From positions 57,848,001 to 57,912,000 of the forward strand of contig NW_024704742.1 of the NCBI RefSeq assembly GCF_018977255.1: a DNA stretch of 64,000 nt. Reading direction: 5' to 3'. Positions 62,150 through 64,000 of the stretch are shown one piece after another (positions within the stretch are counted from its first letter, which is position 1; each line of letters begins with the position of its first letter). The notes beneath the pieces were generated by a model. That model saw nothing but the letters and a program-made list of their open reading frames with translations. It was not told the origin of the DNA and made no database searches. The translations under genes were made by a program, and so were the position numbers. Source of the stretch: Callorhinchus milii. Taxonomy: Eukaryota.

Positions 62150-64000
62150 ATACCAGTGTGTCTCCCTCCCATCCTCTGTCTGTCTCCCTCCCCTGTCCTT
62201 TCCCTGCAGGCTGCTCTTTGCTAACCAGAATGAGCGCACTCCCACTTCTGCACCACCTCTAGCCTTCACAGCCTCCTGCAGGCTGACAATGTCCCACTAA
62301 TCTGCCGCCTCTCGTCTTAGCGTGTTCATCTTGGCTGCCGCCCCTGACCCGAGCTGGCCCTCCCTCAAAATGCCCCCTCCCTGCAACTCTCCCACTTTGT
62401 CCTGCTCTCTCTGCCCTCCCCGCCTCCTATCTCTGCTTGACCCCCCCCCCATGCCCCCCTCTGCTCCAGCCTGGGAATTCTCTGCTGGGCTCATCGTGGC
62501 ACTCAGCGTTGGTTGTCCAGCAGCAGCCACACCGACTGCCCCATTCCTACTACCGCCGCAACCCACTCCGGATAGACCCCGGGGGTTAACCTCTCCTGCT
62601 TCATCCACATCCCCACCCTCCAATCCACTACCCCTTCCCATCCCACACATCCCTCTGCCAACTGTCCTTTCTGCATTGGCCTTCAAAACTTCCCCTCCAT
62701 CTGCAATAATACTCTGGCCACCAAGGATCTCATCCTCAATGAGAACGTTGATATTATGGGCCTCATGGAAACCTGGATCACCCCAGGTGACACCTTCCCC
62801 CTCACTGAGGCCACACCACCCGGCTATACCTACCACCATGCCCCACGTCCCAACCACCATGGCAGTGGGGTGGCCCTCATCTCCAGGGTGTCATTGCTCT
62901 ATCCCCCTACTCCGCTGGCTCATTCCCCTCTTTTGATCACCTAACCCTCTGCCATCCCTTCCATCTCTCACTAAACATTCTCCTAATTTACCGCCCCCTA
63001 AAAGCCTCCCCCACCTTCATCTCTGACATCTCCACCCTTCTAGTTTCCCTCTGCCTTTGCTTCAACCGCCTCATCATCCTAGGTGACTTCAACCTCCACT
63101 TCACCCCCTCTTTCTCCACCTCCTCAGAGTTCTCCACTTTTCTCTTCTCTCAATCTTTCCCTCCACATCCACTTTGCTACCCAAATTCATGGCTACCCTC
63201 TCGACCTGGTGATAATAATAATAATAATCCTTGCATTTGATATAGTGCTTTTCACGTCGGGAGGACGTCCCAAAGCGCTTCACAGAACACACTGTAAAGT
63301 CAATTGACTGTATACTTGTGGGCAAACGTGGCAGCCAATTGCGCACAGCAATGTCCCACAAACAATCGTAGATTGAAAATGACCAATTTATTATTGGTTT
63401 TGGTTTTGGAGGGATTATTATTAGGCTCTGTGTGGAGTAAGGAAACTTGCCCAAGGTTTCGCTCTGCCTGGAATTGAATTCAGGTCTCTCGCTTGCAAAG
63501 CGAGTGCTCTAACCACTGAGCTACAGGCCTCAGCGTCTCGTAGTCACCATCACCGACATGACCATCTCTAACCACCATCTCTTCCCACTCTGGCCCACCT
63601 TCTGCACCAACCGATCCTCTGCGTTTTCTCTCCTCCACATCACCCTCTCCACCACACTCAATTCCCTTCACCCCCTCACCTCCCAAACTGCCTCCTATTC
63701 CCGATCCTCATTCTGATTCATTAGCCACCTCCACTCGCTAAAGGGCCAGGTGCGGAGCTGCGAACGCACCTGGCTCAAATCCGGTCTAATGGTCCACCGC
63801 CACATCTGGCTGGACCACATTAAAACTGTCCGCTCCACTCTCGCTTCAGGTAAATTGTCCTTTTACTCCAGGTTAATCCTAGAGGCGAACGGCAACCCCA
63901 GGCTCCCGTTCTCCACCACCAGTCAGTTCCTCCACCCCTCCCCGCCATGCTTCGCAGATTCTTTTCTCCGACTCCCACTGAGAGGAAATGCTGGACTTCC
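62150..64000 (+). mobile_element. L2 LINE 5'/endonuclease region (runs off the window), interrupted by a SINE
   Basis: MGLMETWITPGD..GYTYHHAPRPNHHGSGVAL, IYRPP, LGDFNLH, HGYPLDLV; pyrimidine-rich L2 composition; matches the 39700-39920 segment. Confidence 0.85.
63212..63531 (-). mobile_element. Young Deu-type SINE inserted in L2
   Basis: (aat)n tail, core, head gcctgtagctcagtggttagagcactcgctttgcaagcgagag. Confidence 0.88.

Noticed and set aside
62297..62936. Long overlapping ORFs (187 and 204 aa, Pro/Gly-rich)
   Set aside because: Off-frame and antisense readings of C-rich L2 sequence

Overview
Eukaryotic (vertebrate) genomic DNA, most likely from a cartilaginous fish. The repeat families look chimaera/shark-like, but this is an inference. 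The window holds one protein-coding gene on the minus strand, an OCTN-type organic cation/carnitine transporter (SLC22A4/SLC22A5 family). Nine coding exons were located by hand with GT-AG boundaries and consistent phases (366, 104, 155, 172, 133, 101, 215, 183 and 136 bp; ATG at 58763, exon 9 ends at 10227). The last coding exon could not be resolved. The rest is mostly retroposon debris: a near full-length decayed CR1 LINE (esterase ORF1 plus EN/RT ORF2), many L2 and CR1 fragments, an RTEX-like LINE family and about 20 tRNA-headed Deu-type SINEs sharing the L2 3' tail. The most unusual signal is three short (about 140-240 bp), TSD-flanked, palindromic insertions carrying minimal hammerhead-ribozyme motifs (CTGA[T/C]GA-A-GGGTC-NNN-GACCC-GAAA-CGTT), head-to-head in the best copy. 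These look like non-autonomous Penelope-like mini-elements. Most ORF-track entries are spurious or repeat-derived.
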